Of a stretch of 64,000 nt of DNA, positions 9,086-19,894 are shown in pieces. The number at the start of each line of letters is the position of its first letter. The first letter of the stretch is position 1. Made by a program: the position numbers and the translations under genes. Below the pieces are notes generated by a model that worked only from the letters and a program-made list of their open reading frames with translations, made no database searches and was not told where the DNA came from. Source of the DNA: Candidatus Auribacterota bacterium (lineage in GTDB: Bacteria > Auribacterota > JAFGBW01 > JAFGJP01); contig JAGLFH010000030.1 in NCBI GenBank assembly GCA_023144635.1, positions 18,386-82,385 on the forward strand, in the 5' to 3' direction.

Positions 9086-10378
9086 TCATCTTTTATCTAT
9101 TATATTGGTTTCTTTTTTCCAAGGATAGGGAATAGTCTTTGGCTCTACAAGTCTTATTGAGGCATTTACTCTTAGATTATCGGTTATATCCTGTTTTATG
9201 TTTAATTTTGTATCTTCCATTTTTCTTATCTGATCTACAAATAGCTCGCTTGTCACTCCTACCTCGATTTCCATACGGTCGCGATTGTTTGCTCTTTCAA
9301 TAATTATTCGGTAGTTTTTTGTAGTATGTTCATAGCTAGAAAGAATTTTTTCTATATGCTTTGGCAGGAAAGAAATTCCATTTATGATCAAGCGTTCATC
9401 AGTATGATTCAAAATCTTTTGTATCCTTGAAAAGTTCCTTCCGCAAGAACATTTTTCAATAATCAAAGATGTTATGTTTCCTGTTCGGTACCTCAGAAGA
9501 GGAAATCCTTCACGGTTTATAGTAGTAAGTACAAGTTCTCCCGTTTTTCCTTCTAAAAGAGACTTTCCTGTCTTTGGATCGATGATCTCTGCTATAAAGT
9601 GATCATCATTGATATGTATACCGCATTTTTTTTCGCATTCTCCTCCAACTCCAGGACCTATTATTTCTTCCATTCCGTAAATTTCGGAAACTTTTATCAT
9701 AAAAGTTTCTTCAATCCTTTTTTGGTGGTAATGAGGCAGGATCTCTCCTCCAACGATTATGCTTTCTAAAGAAAGATCTTGCGGGCTGATCTTTCTTTGT
9801 TCTATTACGTCTGAGAGTGCAAGAGCATTAAAAGGCGTTGTTATGAGTTTTGTGACCCTATATGATCTAAGAATATCGATGATCTCTTCAGGGTTGGAAT
9901 CAAAACATGGAATTACCGAAGAACCAAGAAGTTCTGCTCCGTACATAACGACAAAGGCTCCGTTGATTATATTGCCGTTAAAGTTTATAAGTACTACATC
10001 ATCTTTTTTTACTCCTACTGAACATAATACGCGGGCAGTCAGCTTTGAAAGTTTTATGATATCGCTTTGAGTATAGCCTACAACAACAGGTAATCTGAAA
10101 GGAACTGATGTCGGATAAATTCTTACTATTTCCCTAAGCGGTACGGAAAACATCCCGTACGGATGATGTCTGACAAGGTCTTCACGAGTTATTAGTGGAA
10201 GTTTTTGAATATCTTCTATATTGGTAAAATCTTCTGTAGATATATTTTTCTTTTGAAAGTAATCTTTATAGAAAGGAATGACTTTAATGATTCTGTTTAA
10301 AGTAGCCTGCAGGCGTTCTATTTGTATCTGCTCAATTTCTTTTCTATCCATTGTTTCCAGTTTTTCATTTAGAAACAT
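9086..10378 (-). CDS. Phenylacetate-CoA ligase-like protein with degenerate catalytic motifs
   Basis: Colinear with the paaK at 15814-17115 along its length, but the SSGTTG P-loop is replaced by PTSVPF. Confidence 0.8.
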   Translation of the reverse strand: MFLNEKLETMDRKEIEQIQIERLQATLNRIIKVIPFYKDYFQKKNISTEDFTNIEDIQKLPLITREDLVRHHPYGMFSVPLREIVRIYPTSVPFRLPVVVGYTQSDIIKLSKLTARVLCSVGVKKDDVVLINFNGNIINGAFVVMYGAELLGSSVIPCFDSNPEEIIDILRSYRVTKLITTPFNALALSDVIEQRKISPQDLSLESIIVGGEILPHYHQKRIEETFMIKVSEIYGMEEIIGPGVGGECEKKCGIHINDDHFIAEIIDPKTGKSLLEGKTGELVLTTINREGFPLLRYRTGNITSLIIEKCSCGRNFSRIQKILNHTDERLIINGISFLPKHIEKILSSYEHTTKNYRIIIERANNRDRMEIEVGVTSELFVDQIRKMEDTKLNIKQDITDNLRVNASIRLVEPKTIPYPWKKETNIIDKR

Positions 10379-10468
10379 AATATATATCCTCCTGTTTCAA
10401 ATGACAAAAAACGCACTTGATTTTTATAATAACTAATTTTTTTTAACAAAATAACTTCATTCGGTTTT

Positions 10469-11197
10469 TTAATCCCAAATCTCTGAATATCCTTTTCCTA
10501 AATAGGCACGTTTTATCTCTTGGTTTGTCTTAAGTTCATCAGTATCTCCTTCAAGGATGATCGATCCTGTTTCGATCACATATGCCCGATCTGCGATCTC
10601 AAGTGCTTTTTGGGCATTTTGTTCTACAATAAGTATTGTCTTACCCTGTTCTTTGAGTTGTTTTAAAATACCGAATACATCGTTTATAAAAATAGGGGCA
10701 AGTCCCATGGACGGCTCATCAAGCAACATTATTTCCGGTTGTGCCATTAAGCCTCTTCCTATTGCGAGGATCTGCTGTTCTCCTCCTGAAAGAGTGCCTC
10801 CAGCCTGATCCTTTTTTTTACGAAGAAGCGGAAGCATCTCAAAAATTTTATTTATATTTTTTTTGCATGTGCTTAATTTTTCTCTTTTTGAATATGAGCC
10901 TAAAAGGAGATTATCCCAAACAGAGAGATCAGGAAAAATGCAGCGTCCTTCAGGAACGTGTACAATACCAAGATCTACTGCTTTATTATATTTCAGATCA
11001 GACATATCTTGATCTCTAAAAAACATACTTCCATTAACAGAAGTAATAATTCGTGAAATACAGTTTAATATCGTACTTTTCCCGGCACCGTTGTTCCCTA
11101 TAAGAGCTACTATCTCTCCTTCTTTTACATGAAGAGAGACGTTACGAAGTGCCTGAATATCATCGTAAAATGCATTTAGATTTTTAATGTAAAGCAT
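10469..11197 (-). CDS. livF: Branched-chain amino acid-type ABC transporter ATPase
   Basis: GNNGAGKST, VPEGRCIFP, LSGGEQQ, LLDEPSMGLAP. Confidence 0.9.
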   Translation of the reverse strand: MLYIKNLNAFYDDIQALRNVSLHVKEGEIVALIGNNGAGKSTILNCISRIITSVNGSMFFRDQDMSDLKYNKAVDLGIVHVPEGRCIFPDLSVWDNLLLGSYSKREKLSTCKKNINKIFEMLPLLRKKKDQAGGTLSGGEQQILAIGRGLMAQPEIMLLDEPSMGLAPIFINDVFGILKQLKEQGKTILIVEQNAQKALEIADRAYVIETGSIILEGDTDELKTNQEIKRAYLGKGYSEIWD

Positions 11198-11211
11198 AAT
11201 AAAATATAAAT

Positions 11212-11964
11212 TTATTCTCCTAAATAAGCTTTTATAACATTAGGATCATTTTGGATCTCTCTTGGAGATCCTTGAGCTATTTTTTCTCCAAAATTCAAAA
11301 CAAAAACAATATTGCTTATATCCATAATAAGATCCATATCGTGTTCAACTATAATAACAGTCAGCCTTTTTTCTTTATTTATAGAAATAATTAATTTTGC
11401 AAGTTCCATTGTTTCGTTGTTATTAAGCCCTGCAGCAGGCTCATCAAGGAGTATAAGTTCCGGTTCAAGGCTGAGAGCTCTTGCTATTTCCAATTGTCTT
11501 TGACATCCAAACGGAAGGGATCCGGCAATTTTATCTTGAAATCGCAACAGTCCAAAAAGGGAAAGCAGGAGACGCGATTTTTCTTTAAGCTCGTCTTCTT
11601 CTTTTTTCATATATGGCATGTGAAATGCCGAAGAGAATATGCCGCTTTTTGCACGGATGTGTGCTCCTACAAGAATATTTTCAAGGACGGTCATATGCGA
11701 AAATATCTGTAGATTCTGAAATGTCCGTGCAATGCCGAATCGGCTTATTATAAAAGGTTTTTTATTGGTTATATTGTTTCCTTTAAAAAAAATTCCCCCG
11801 CTGTCGGTCTGATAATGACCGGAGACTATATTTAATAGTGTTGTTTTTCCAGCACCGTTTGGGCCTATCACAGCATTGATCTTGCCGGGAATACAGTTAA
11901 AGGCAACATCATTTAAAGCTTTTACTCCGCCAAAATTTTTTGTAATATTTTTTATCTCAAGCAT
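11212..11964 (-). CDS. livG: Branched-chain amino acid-type ABC transporter ATPase
   Basis: GPNGAGKTT, GIARTFQN, LLDEPAAGLN, VEHDM, VIKAYLG. Confidence 0.9.
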   Translation of the reverse strand: MLEIKNITKNFGGVKALNDVAFNCIPGKINAVIGPNGAGKTTLLNIVSGHYQTDSGGIFFKGNNITNKKPFIISRFGIARTFQNLQIFSHMTVLENILVGAHIRAKSGIFSSAFHMPYMKKEEDELKEKSRLLLSLFGLLRFQDKIAGSLPFGCQRQLEIARALSLEPELILLDEPAAGLNNNETMELAKLIISINKEKRLTVIIVEHDMDLIMDISNIVFVLNFGEKIAQGSPREIQNDPNVIKAYLGE

Positions 11965-13012
11965 TTTCTTGTTTCTTTTTAAAAAGTAATCTATTTAATT
12001 TTTGATATAAGTGAATTATTCCCCCAGTTAAACCTTCCGGAAAGAAGAGCATAACAAAGAGGATGATCATGCCGTATATGGCAATATGATAATCTCCTAT
12101 ATTTATATTCAGAGAAAAAGTTTTATTAAAGACGTGTTCCAGTTCATGAAGTATGTAAGTCAAAGATGTAAGAAGCGAGGCCCCGAGGATTGCGCCGTAA
12201 ATAGTTCTTGCTCCTCCCACAACGACCATTGTTACAAAAGTGATAGAATGAGTAATATTGAAATCAGAAGGAGCAATAAATCTTTTGTAGTGTGCAAATA
12301 AACAGCCTGCTATGGCTGTATAGATGGCGCTTAGCGTAAAAATAGTGTTTTTGTATTTAGCAACATCTATTCCCAAAGAAAGGGCGGCAGGTTCACTATC
12401 ATGAATAGATTTAAGAGCACGTCCTATGCGGGAATTAATTATATTTTCTGAAATAATAACAAGAACGAAAAGGACACTCCATACTATAATATAGGAATTT
12501 AGTTTACGTGTAAGATGAAGATAGTTTTTTGCAAACTCTTTTCCGCCTATCCAGAGGAAAGGGATCTTGCGGAATCCATCAAAACCATCTGTTAACGGAA
12601 CATGGATAAAAAGTGTATACAGTATGATCCCAAGTCCGAGAGTAGCCATTGCAAGGTAATGTCCTTTAAGCTTAAGTATAGGAATACCGATCAGAAAGAT
12701 TATGATCCCTGTTAAAATAATTGCAGCAGGTATCGAAACATACATTGGTAATCCGAATTTTCCGTCAGATGTGCTTGACATAATACCCGTAATATATGCT
12801 GATAACCCGAATATTCCTGCGTGTCCAAGAGAAACCTGTCCTGCATAACCTATCAGCATATTAAGACCTATAACAATAATACTGTATATTCCTATTCCTA
12901 TGATAATTCCTCTGTAATAATTACTTTTGAAAATAAATGGAAGTGCTATTATTAAAATTAGAAGAAGGATTCTTTTTAAGAAAACGTTTGGCAGATTGTT
13001 TTGTTTGATCAT
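11957..13012 (-). CDS. livM: Branched-chain amino acid-type ABC permease
   Basis: GLNMLIGYAGQVSLGHAG, LKGHYLAMATLG, SRIGRAL; start placed at the ATG next to the livH stop. Confidence 0.88.
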   Translation of the reverse strand: MIKQNNLPNVFLKRILLLILIIALPFIFKSNYYRGIIIGIGIYSIIVIGLNMLIGYAGQVSLGHAGIFGLSAYITGIMSSTSDGKFGLPMYVSIPAAIILTGIIIFLIGIPILKLKGHYLAMATLGLGIILYTLFIHVPLTDGFDGFRKIPFLWIGGKEFAKNYLHLTRKLNSYIIVWSVLFVLVIISENIINSRIGRALKSIHDSEPAALSLGIDVAKYKNTIFTLSAIYTAIAGCLFAHYKRFIAPSDFNITHSITFVTMVVVGGARTIYGAILGASLLTSLTYILHELEHVFNKTFSLNINIGDYHIAIYGMIILFVMLFFPEGLTGGIIHLYQKLNRLLFKKKQENA

Positions 13013-13013
13013 A

Positions 13014-13925
13014 TTAAACCCTTGATGTTGTTTTTCCTGCAAAAAGGCCTTCCGGTTTTATAACCAGAATAAGAAGCATGAAAATAATAACGATAAGTTC
13101 CTTATAATTTGAAACTTGAAAAAGATGAAATGTTGCTATATCCCCATATCCAATTACATAAGCTTCCATTAGACCCAGCATCATTCCGCAACCAACTGCT
13201 CCTATTAGATTTCCAAGGCTTCCCAGAACAGCGGCACAAAATCCTTTTATGCCCCAGAAAATACCTGAGTCGTAAGACATGCCAAGTTTTGGTGTAATGA
13301 CGATTCCGGCGATAGCACCAAGCATGCCGCTTAAAATGAAAGCAATAGAAGTCATTTTTTCAACATTGATCCCCATGAGCATGGCTGCTTTTTTATTTGA
13401 TGCACAGGCTTTCATTGATTTGCCTGTTATAGTAAATTCAAAAAAAAGCACTACAAGAAAAAGAGTTACAAGAGTAACAACAAATATCCAGACATCCTGT
13501 GTTACAATATTAGCGCCGCCAATAGTTATAATTGCATCAGATGTAAACGCAGGAAACCGCTTCCCTGGATCTTTCCAAAAAAGAGCCATTGCAAGCCCTC
13601 TTAGAAGAATGGCAGCTCCTATAGTTACAATAATAAGAGTTAAAAGTTTTGCTTTTCTCTTTTTACATTGCCTGATAGCAATAAATTCCAGAAGAAAAGA
13701 AATGAGGCTGACTATTGTTACTGATAATAAAATTGTTAGAGGAAGATCAAAATGAAGTTGTTCTCTAAAATAAATAGCCAGCATACCGCCAAGAACAACA
13801 AAGTTTCCCTGTGCAAAATTAATAATATTAGTTGATTTATATATAATGGTAAAGCCAAGTGCAATAAGGGCATAAATTGATCCCGTTACAAGACCTGACA
13901 ATGTGTATTGAATAAAAGAACTCAT
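13014..13925 (-). CDS. livH: Branched-chain amino acid-type ABC permease
   Basis: GSIYALIALGFTIIY..INFAQG, GKSMKA, KGFCAAVLG. Confidence 0.88.
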   Translation of the reverse strand: MSSFIQYTLSGLVTGSIYALIALGFTIIYKSTNIINFAQGNFVVLGGMLAIYFREQLHFDLPLTILLSVTIVSLISFLLEFIAIRQCKKRKAKLLTLIIVTIGAAILLRGLAMALFWKDPGKRFPAFTSDAIITIGGANIVTQDVWIFVVTLVTLFLVVLFFEFTITGKSMKACASNKKAAMLMGINVEKMTSIAFILSGMLGAIAGIVITPKLGMSYDSGIFWGIKGFCAAVLGSLGNLIGAVGCGMMLGLMEAYVIGYGDIATFHLFQVSNYKELIVIIFMLLILVIKPEGLFAGKTTSRV

Positions 13926-13956
13926 ATGTAATAGGCTATGTTGTTAATTAAAATGG

Positions 13957-13992
13957 TAATAAAGCTTGATAAATAAATATCAAGCTTTATTA
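13957..13992. terminator. Perfect 15-bp stem-loop between livK and livH (terminator or mRNA stabiliser)
   Basis: TAATAAAGCTTGATA-aataaa-TATCAAGCTTTATTA. Confidence 0.65.
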
Positions 13993-14044
13993 ATAAGCAT
14001 ATAAATAAGATTAAAAGCTAAAGGGCTTTTATTTGAACAAACTC

Positions 14045-15190
14045 TTATTTTAAAAGAGACCAACTGCCGTCTTTAATCGTTATTATAGCAAAAGCATCTT
14101 CTGTTAAGCCATTATGTTCTTTAGGAGAAAATTGGAAAATCCCGCTGATTCCTACATACTTCATGTTCTCAATAGTTTCTCGGATCTTTGCTTTATCTGT
14201 TCCTGCTATTTCAATAGCTTTTACCATTATCATCAAAGCATCGTATCCGTGGCCTCCGAATGTATCGGGATCTTTTCCGTATTTTTCTTTGAAGTCCTTT
14301 TTATATTTTAAAAGTATACTTTTCTGCAAATTGCCGTCATCAAGTTTTTCTGCAATTAGAAGCCTTCCTGCAGGAAGTATGTTGCCTTCACATGCATCGC
14401 CTGCAAGCTCAATGAACTTTTTTGATGCAATACCGTGGCTTTGTACAAGAAGCGTCTTCATGCCTAGTTCTTTCATATTCCTTGCTACATAAGCCGGACC
14501 TGGATTTGTACCCCAACATATGATTGCATCAGGAGCCTGTTCTTTAATTTTAGTCAGCTGTGGTTTTAAATCAGTAATTTTGGGATCAAATGTTTCGTTT
14601 GCTATAACTTTAAAGCCAAATTTTTCTACAGCTGCTTCCAGCTCTTTTTGTCCACTCTTTCCAAAAGCGTTGGCAACTGTGAGAAGAGCTATTTTTTTAA
14701 TATTATTTTTTTTAAGATGGGTGTAAATTTTTTTAACGGCTATCCTGTCGTTCTGAGCTGTTTTAAAAACCCATTTTCTTTCGCTTGCCGGCTCAATTAT
14801 TTTTATGCTGGCTGCAGCAGAGACAAGAGGAATTTCATTTTCATTTGCAAGGTCTACTATAGCAAGAGATGTTCCAGAAAGTGTTGGCCCGATAATGCCA
14901 ATAACATTATCTTCTTCTATTAATTTTGTTGCAAAATTGACGGTTTTTGATGCATCGCCTTCTGTATCATATATAATAAGCTCAACTAATTTCCCGTTTA
15001 TGCCGCCTTTTGCATTAATTTGTTCTACCAGCATTTCAACGCTTTCTTTCTCTGGTGTTCCAAGAAAAGCAGTTCTTCCTGTTACTGAAAAAAGAGCACC
15101 TATTTTAATAGTCTCTTCATTTGCAAAAAGACAAGTAACAGTAGAAAAAACGATTAAAAATATTGAAAAAAACATAAAAGATTTTTTCAT
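14045..15190 (-). CDS. ABC transporter substrate-binding protein (LivK/LivJ family)
   Basis: Signal peptide, IKIGALFSVTG, INAKGGINGK, YDALM; heads the liv operon. Confidence 0.88.
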   Translation of the reverse strand: MKKSFMFFSIFLIVFSTVTCLFANEETIKIGALFSVTGRTAFLGTPEKESVEMLVEQINAKGGINGKLVELIIYDTEGDASKTVNFATKLIEEDNVIGIIGPTLSGTSLAIVDLANENEIPLVSAAASIKIIEPASERKWVFKTAQNDRIAVKKIYTHLKKNNIKKIALLTVANAFGKSGQKELEAAVEKFGFKVIANETFDPKITDLKPQLTKIKEQAPDAIICWGTNPGPAYVARNMKELGMKTLLVQSHGIASKKFIELAGDACEGNILPAGRLLIAEKLDDGNLQKSILLKYKKDFKEKYGKDPDTFGGHGYDALMIMVKAIEIAGTDKAKIRETIENMKYVGISGIFQFSPKEHNGLTEDAFAIITIKDGSWSLLK

Positions 15191-15305
15191 ATTTACCTCC
15201 TGTTAAAATTGACCAATTTTATGTATTTATGATAATATTATTAACATTATACAGAAAAAAATATTTTTAAAAAGTATATTTGAGATATTTCATAAATTAT
15301 TCTGT

Positions 15306-15737
15306 TTAAAGATTATACACCTGTTCACCTGAAAGAATATTAATATCGTGTTTTTTTAGTGCTTCAATTGCTTTTTCAATGTTTTCAAAGCGGAGGACAA
15401 GAATAGCTTTATCAAAAGATTTTTCAACAAAAGCATACATATATTCTAGATTTATGTTTTCTTCAGAAAGGATTCCAAGTATTCCGTTAAGGCCTCCCGG
15501 CTTGTCAGGGACTTCAACGGCAAGGACTTCTGTTTCATTTACCGTAAAATTAGCTTCTTTTAAAATATCGTGCGCTTTTGCTATATCATTAACTATAAGC
15601 CGTAATATCCCAAAATCTGCAGTATCTGCAAGTGAAAGTGCGCGTATATTGATATTCTGTTCGTAAAGAAGTTTTGCTATTTCAGCAAGTCGTCCTGATC
15701 TGTTTTCAATAAATATTGATAATTGTTTAAGTTTCAT
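15306..15737 (-). CDS. Tandem ACT-domain amino-acid-binding protein
   Basis: [42 protein letters not shown]. Confidence 0.9.
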   Translation of the reverse strand: MKLKQLSIFIENRSGRLAEIAKLLYEQNINIRALSLADTADFGILRLIVNDIAKAHDILKEANFTVNETEVLAVEVPDKPGGLNGILGILSEENINLEYMYAFVEKSFDKAILVLRFENIEKAIEALKKHDINILSGEQVYNL

Positions 15738-15813
15738 GTCAGTCTCCTGTCAGATTAATAAACTTTTAGATCTATTCCTTTCTGAATATTACTTGAGGTG
15801 TAATATGCAGAAC

Positions 15814-17115
15814 CTACAGTTTTCTTTTATCTATGACTCTTTTGGCTTTTCCCATGCTTCTTTCAATTGTTTTGGGCTCTACCAGTTTTATATTGACCAT
15901 TATACCCAGAACAGATTCTATCTCTTTTTTGATCTTTCCGCTTAAGTTCTCCAGATTTTTTACTTCGTCTGAAAAAACTTTTTCATTTACCTCGACTTGA
16001 ACTTCCATTATATCCATTGAATGCTGACGATCTACTACAATAAGGTAATGCGGTTCAGCTCCTTCTACTTGAAGAAGCACAGTCTCTATCTGGGATGGAA
16101 AAACGTTTACGCCTCTGATAATGATCATGTCATCAGTTCTTCCTGCAACCTTTGACATGCGCGGAAGAGTTCGTTTGCACTCTGGACATGGCGAATAATC
16201 AAGACTTACAATATCACCTATTTTGTAGCGTATTAACGGGAGCGCTTCTTTTGTAAGGGTTGTTATTACAAGCTCACCCTTTTCCCCTTCTTCTACGTGT
16301 TTTCCTGTTTTTGGATCTATAACTTCAGGATAGAAAAAATCGCTGGATATATGAAGCCCGCATTTGCCTTGACATTCAAAGGAAACCCCCGGACCGATTA
16401 TTTCTGAAAGTCCATAAATATCCATTGCTTGTATGTTCCATATTTTTTCGATTTCTTTTCGCATTCCATCGCTCCAGGGCTCAGCTCCGAGAATGCCTAT
16501 ACGGATGCTTGTTTTTGCAGGATCTATTCCCATTTCACGGGCTTCTTCAGCCATGAAAAGGGCGTATGACGGAGTACATGTCAAAATAGTTGTCTTAAAA
16601 TCCTGCATAAGCATAAGCTGGCGTTTAGTTCCTCCTGATGATACCGGAACAACAGCAGCTCCTAGTTCGAGGGCACCGTAGTGAACTCCGAGTCCTCCTG
16701 TAAAAAGACCATATCCGTAAGCATTTTGAACAATATCCTTTGAAGTGCCGCCAACTCCGGCTATTGTGCGTGCCATTACGGTTGACCAAAGTTTTATATC
16801 ATTTTTTGTGTAAGCGACAACTGTTGGTTTTCCGGTTGTTCCGCTGGATGCATGAATTTCAAGTATTTCTTCCATGGGAACAGCAAAAAGCTTAAAAGGA
16901 TAGTTATCTCTAAGATCTACTTTTTTTGTGAAGGGGAGTTTTTCAATATCATCTATAGATTGGATGTGTTCAGGTTTTAATCCGATCTCGTCAAATTTCT
17001 TTTTATAAAAAGGAACTCTTTCATAAACACGATTCACGAGGTTTTTAAGGCGGTTACTTTGCAGCTCTTTCATTTCATCCGGCAGCATACATTCTTCTTT
17101 CTCATTAAAGATCAC
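15814..17115 (-). CDS. paaK: Phenylacetate-CoA ligase
   Basis: [62 protein letters not shown]. Confidence 0.93.
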   Translation of the reverse strand: MIFNEKEECMLPDEMKELQSNRLKNLVNRVYERVPFYKKKFDEIGLKPEHIQSIDDIEKLPFTKKVDLRDNYPFKLFAVPMEEILEIHASSGTTGKPTVVAYTKNDIKLWSTVMARTIAGVGGTSKDIVQNAYGYGLFTGGLGVHYGALELGAAVVPVSSGGTKRQLMLMQDFKTTILTCTPSYALFMAEEAREMGIDPAKTSIRIGILGAEPWSDGMRKEIEKIWNIQAMDIYGLSEIIGPGVSFECQGKCGLHISSDFFYPEVIDPKTGKHVEEGEKGELVITTLTKEALPLIRYKIGDIVSLDYSPCPECKRTLPRMSKVAGRTDDMIIIRGVNVFPSQIETVLLQVEGAEPHYLIVVDRQHSMDIMEVQVEVNEKVFSDEVKNLENLSGKIKKEIESVLGIMVNIKLVEPKTIERSMGKAKRVIDKRKL

Positions 17116-17153
17116 TTGAACCTCCTTTCAAAAAATAATTATAATAAAATAAA

Positions 17154-17190
17154 AAAAGTGTGTGGCTATTTTATAACACACACACTTTCT
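17154..17190 (-). terminator. Hairpin or terminator between the porin gene and paaK
   Basis: AAAGTGTGTG...CACACACTTT inverted repeat with a T-run on the minus strand. Confidence 0.55.
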
Positions 17191-17214
17191 TGTTCCAGCT
17201 AAAAAAATAATTAA

Positions 17215-18501
17215 TTAAAACTTATACAATAATTCATATCTACAAAAATATCCGTTATCCTGGCTTTCTTCAGCATAATAATTACCTGGTTTTAGATATT
17301 CATAAAGAAAATGTCCTGTTAATGATTCGTTAAATTTGTATACAGTTTTAAATGTATATAGCCATCCTCTTTCCAAGTCGTCGCCGAAAATGCGTGTGTT
17401 TTCAAGAGGAGTTTCATTTGCTCTCATATAATTGATGCTGCCGTAAAGTGATAGCTTTTCGGTTGGCACAAGACCGCAGCTTAAAGTATACAGCTGGATA
17501 TTATCTACAGTTGCAACATGAGTTTCCTGAACATAAGTGTATATGTAAAGCTCACTGAAACGCGGCCACCTTCCATAAACAGGATCCCATGCTTCAGAAT
17601 CTGCAGTGGTTGTATCCTCTCCCGGAAGATAAATATATGAAAATTTGAACTTTGGTGAATATTTCATGTCTATAGGTTTGTATGTAAGTGTAATTTCACC
17701 AGCAAGTCCGGTATTGACATCAAGACCAGCAAGTTCTCCGAACTGGTATGCCAGCTCAGCAGAATAAGAAACTTCTTCACTGAAGTTACCAAGTATCCTT
17801 GAACCAAGAGTGCTTGATTTCCTGTCAGTACCGTCAGAATCAGTTTTGTGATAATAATAGTATCCTTCTAAAGTAATATCATCTATCTTTCCAGATGCTA
17901 TGATGCCATGCACATCTTCATCTTCTTCGGTAAGAAGCATGTCTTGATTGTTGATCTTTCCAATAGGATCATCACTTTTTACGCGTGATAGGAAAATATC
18001 AAGATTTAAATTGTCAAACTTAAACATTTGTCTTATTGCATCGGTATAAATTGTCCGGGAACCGTCAAGAGGGGTTCCGTCAAGAACAAGAAGACGGCTT
18101 CCCTGTACAATATCCTGACGTCCGATGCGTGTTGTTGAAAGTACTTCTTCGCCAGTCTTAAATTCAATAAAAAGATTGTCTATAACAAATTCATCTCTGT
18201 TGAATTCGTCATCCATATCAGGATCGATGTAATAACGGGGTTCACCGGTTATTCTTGCATAAAATCGAAAAGTTTCTGATGGTGCATATTCTCCGAAAGT
18301 ACGTAGTCTAAACCTGAAAAAGTTAAAATTGTCATCATTATCGCTGTTCGTATCGATAATATTATCGAAGAATACTTGTCTCAACCTAAAATCTCCGCCT
18401 ATTTTATATGTTTCGCCTTCAAAAAGCGCATAGGCTGGGGTTGAAATGACGAACAAAGCTAAAATGCTGATCAGCAAGCTGATAATATAGCTTTTGCGCA
18501 T
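17215..18501 (-). CDS. Outer-membrane beta-barrel, alginate-export (AlgE-like) family
   Basis: Signal peptide, GGDFRLR, RIGRQD, AELAYQFG, alternating beta pattern, C-terminal Phe. Confidence 0.75.
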   Translation of the reverse strand: MRKSYIISLLISILALFVISTPAYALFEGETYKIGGDFRLRQVFFDNIIDTNSDNDDNFNFFRFRLRTFGEYAPSETFRFYARITGEPRYYIDPDMDDEFNRDEFVIDNLFIEFKTGEEVLSTTRIGRQDIVQGSRLLVLDGTPLDGSRTIYTDAIRQMFKFDNLNLDIFLSRVKSDDPIGKINNQDMLLTEEDEDVHGIIASGKIDDITLEGYYYYHKTDSDGTDRKSSTLGSRILGNFSEEVSYSAELAYQFGELAGLDVNTGLAGEITLTYKPIDMKYSPKFKFSYIYLPGEDTTTADSEAWDPVYGRWPRFSELYIYTYVQETHVATVDNIQLYTLSCGLVPTEKLSLYGSINYMRANETPLENTRIFGDDLERGWLYTFKTVYKFNESLTGHFLYEYLKPGNYYAEESQDNGYFCRYELLYKF

Positions 18502-18661
18502 ACTCTACCTCCTGTCCACGTTAACGTTATGTATGTTTTTTATAAAAGTTATCATTAATAAAAAAAAAGTCAATAAAGAAATCATAAATTAGGTTTGTAA
18601 AATTAGTCCTAGATTTAGCTGCGGTGAAGAATATGCATGTTGAAGGTGCTTTTAAAATTGA

Positions 18662-19708
18662 TTACTTGTTCTTATTAAATACTTTTATTACTTTTGGATA
18701 AATAAGTAAAAGTATTAATATGACAGCAGAAATATGCTTTATACTAGTTGGTATAAAGCCTCCTTCATGCACAAGCATCTTTCCTTCTATACTAGTTGAA
18801 TAGAAGTAATCCGTTAAAAGACCAAATATAAGAGAGGATATGATTATTGCAAATAGATATATTATAAGAGTTTTTTTACCAAGCTTTCCTCCTACAAAAG
18901 AAAGCGTTGCAGTATTTGTGGCAGGTCCGGCTATAAGAAATACAAGGCCTGCTCCCGGAGACATACCTTTAAGGATCAGTGATGCTGCAATAGGGATAGA
19001 GCCTGTTGCGCATACATAAAGAGGGATTGCTATTAAAAACATTATAGGATAAGCAAGAAAAGGATTTCCCAGATATCTTTCAATAAAATCGGTAGAAATA
19101 AAATAGCTTATCATTCCGCCTGTTACAATGCCTATTACCAGCCATTTTCCTACATCCTGTAAAAGCACCTTAAATGCATATCTAAAAATTTCTTTAGTTT
19201 TTTCTTTTAATGTATGCTCATGTTCGGTATCTATTTTGCATATAACGCATGGATCTTTGTTCTCTTTTTTTTCAATATCTTTTATCTCTTTTTCTGAAAA
19301 ACGCACCATTATACCTGCTAGGGTTCCTGCAAAAAAAGCGCAGACAGGTCTTATTATGGCAAAAAGCGGGCCAAGAAGAGCATATGTTGCCATTATGGAA
19401 TCAACTCCTGTTGTAGGAGTTGATGTTAAAAAAGAAAGTGTAGGGGCGTTCCCTGCACCTTGCTTTTTAATATGAGCTGCTACAGGGATCACCCCGCAAG
19501 AGCATATAGGTAAAGGCACACCAATAAGTGATGCACGCACAATAGAGCGTAAAGAATTTCCTGAAAGATATTTTCCGATTCTGTTTCCAGGAAGCAGTAC
19601 ATGAAGGATACCTGCAATAGAAAATCCGAAAAGCAGATAAGGGGCCATTTCTGCAAGCAGACTCCATATTTCACAAAGTACACCGTAAAATGTATTTAAA
19701 AAATTCAT
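18662..19708 (-). CDS. DUF318/ArsP-type predicted metal permease
   Basis: GVPLPICSCGVIP and PLYVCATGSIP motifs; Cys/His loop CVICKIDTEHEH. Confidence 0.85.
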   Translation of the reverse strand: MNFLNTFYGVLCEIWSLLAEMAPYLLFGFSIAGILHVLLPGNRIGKYLSGNSLRSIVRASLIGVPLPICSCGVIPVAAHIKKQGAGNAPTLSFLTSTPTTGVDSIMATYALLGPLFAIIRPVCAFFAGTLAGIMVRFSEKEIKDIEKKENKDPCVICKIDTEHEHTLKEKTKEIFRYAFKVLLQDVGKWLVIGIVTGGMISYFISTDFIERYLGNPFLAYPIMFLIAIPLYVCATGSIPIAASLILKGMSPGAGLVFLIAGPATNTATLSFVGGKLGKKTLIIYLFAIIISSLIFGLLTDYFYSTSIEGKMLVHEGGFIPTSIKHISAVILILLLIYPKVIKVFNKNK

Positions 19709-19894
19709 TATAACCTTTTATTTATACTATTAACATTTTTAGAAACTATTCTATTCGAATTTAATTGTTAAAAGAAGCGAAATTACTGATTATGCATCAG
19801 TTGCAGATATTTATAGAAGTATCTCAAATTATTAAATATATTAAGCTCATCTCGTAATTTAAAGTATAGAAATTTCAAAGAGTAACAATATCAC

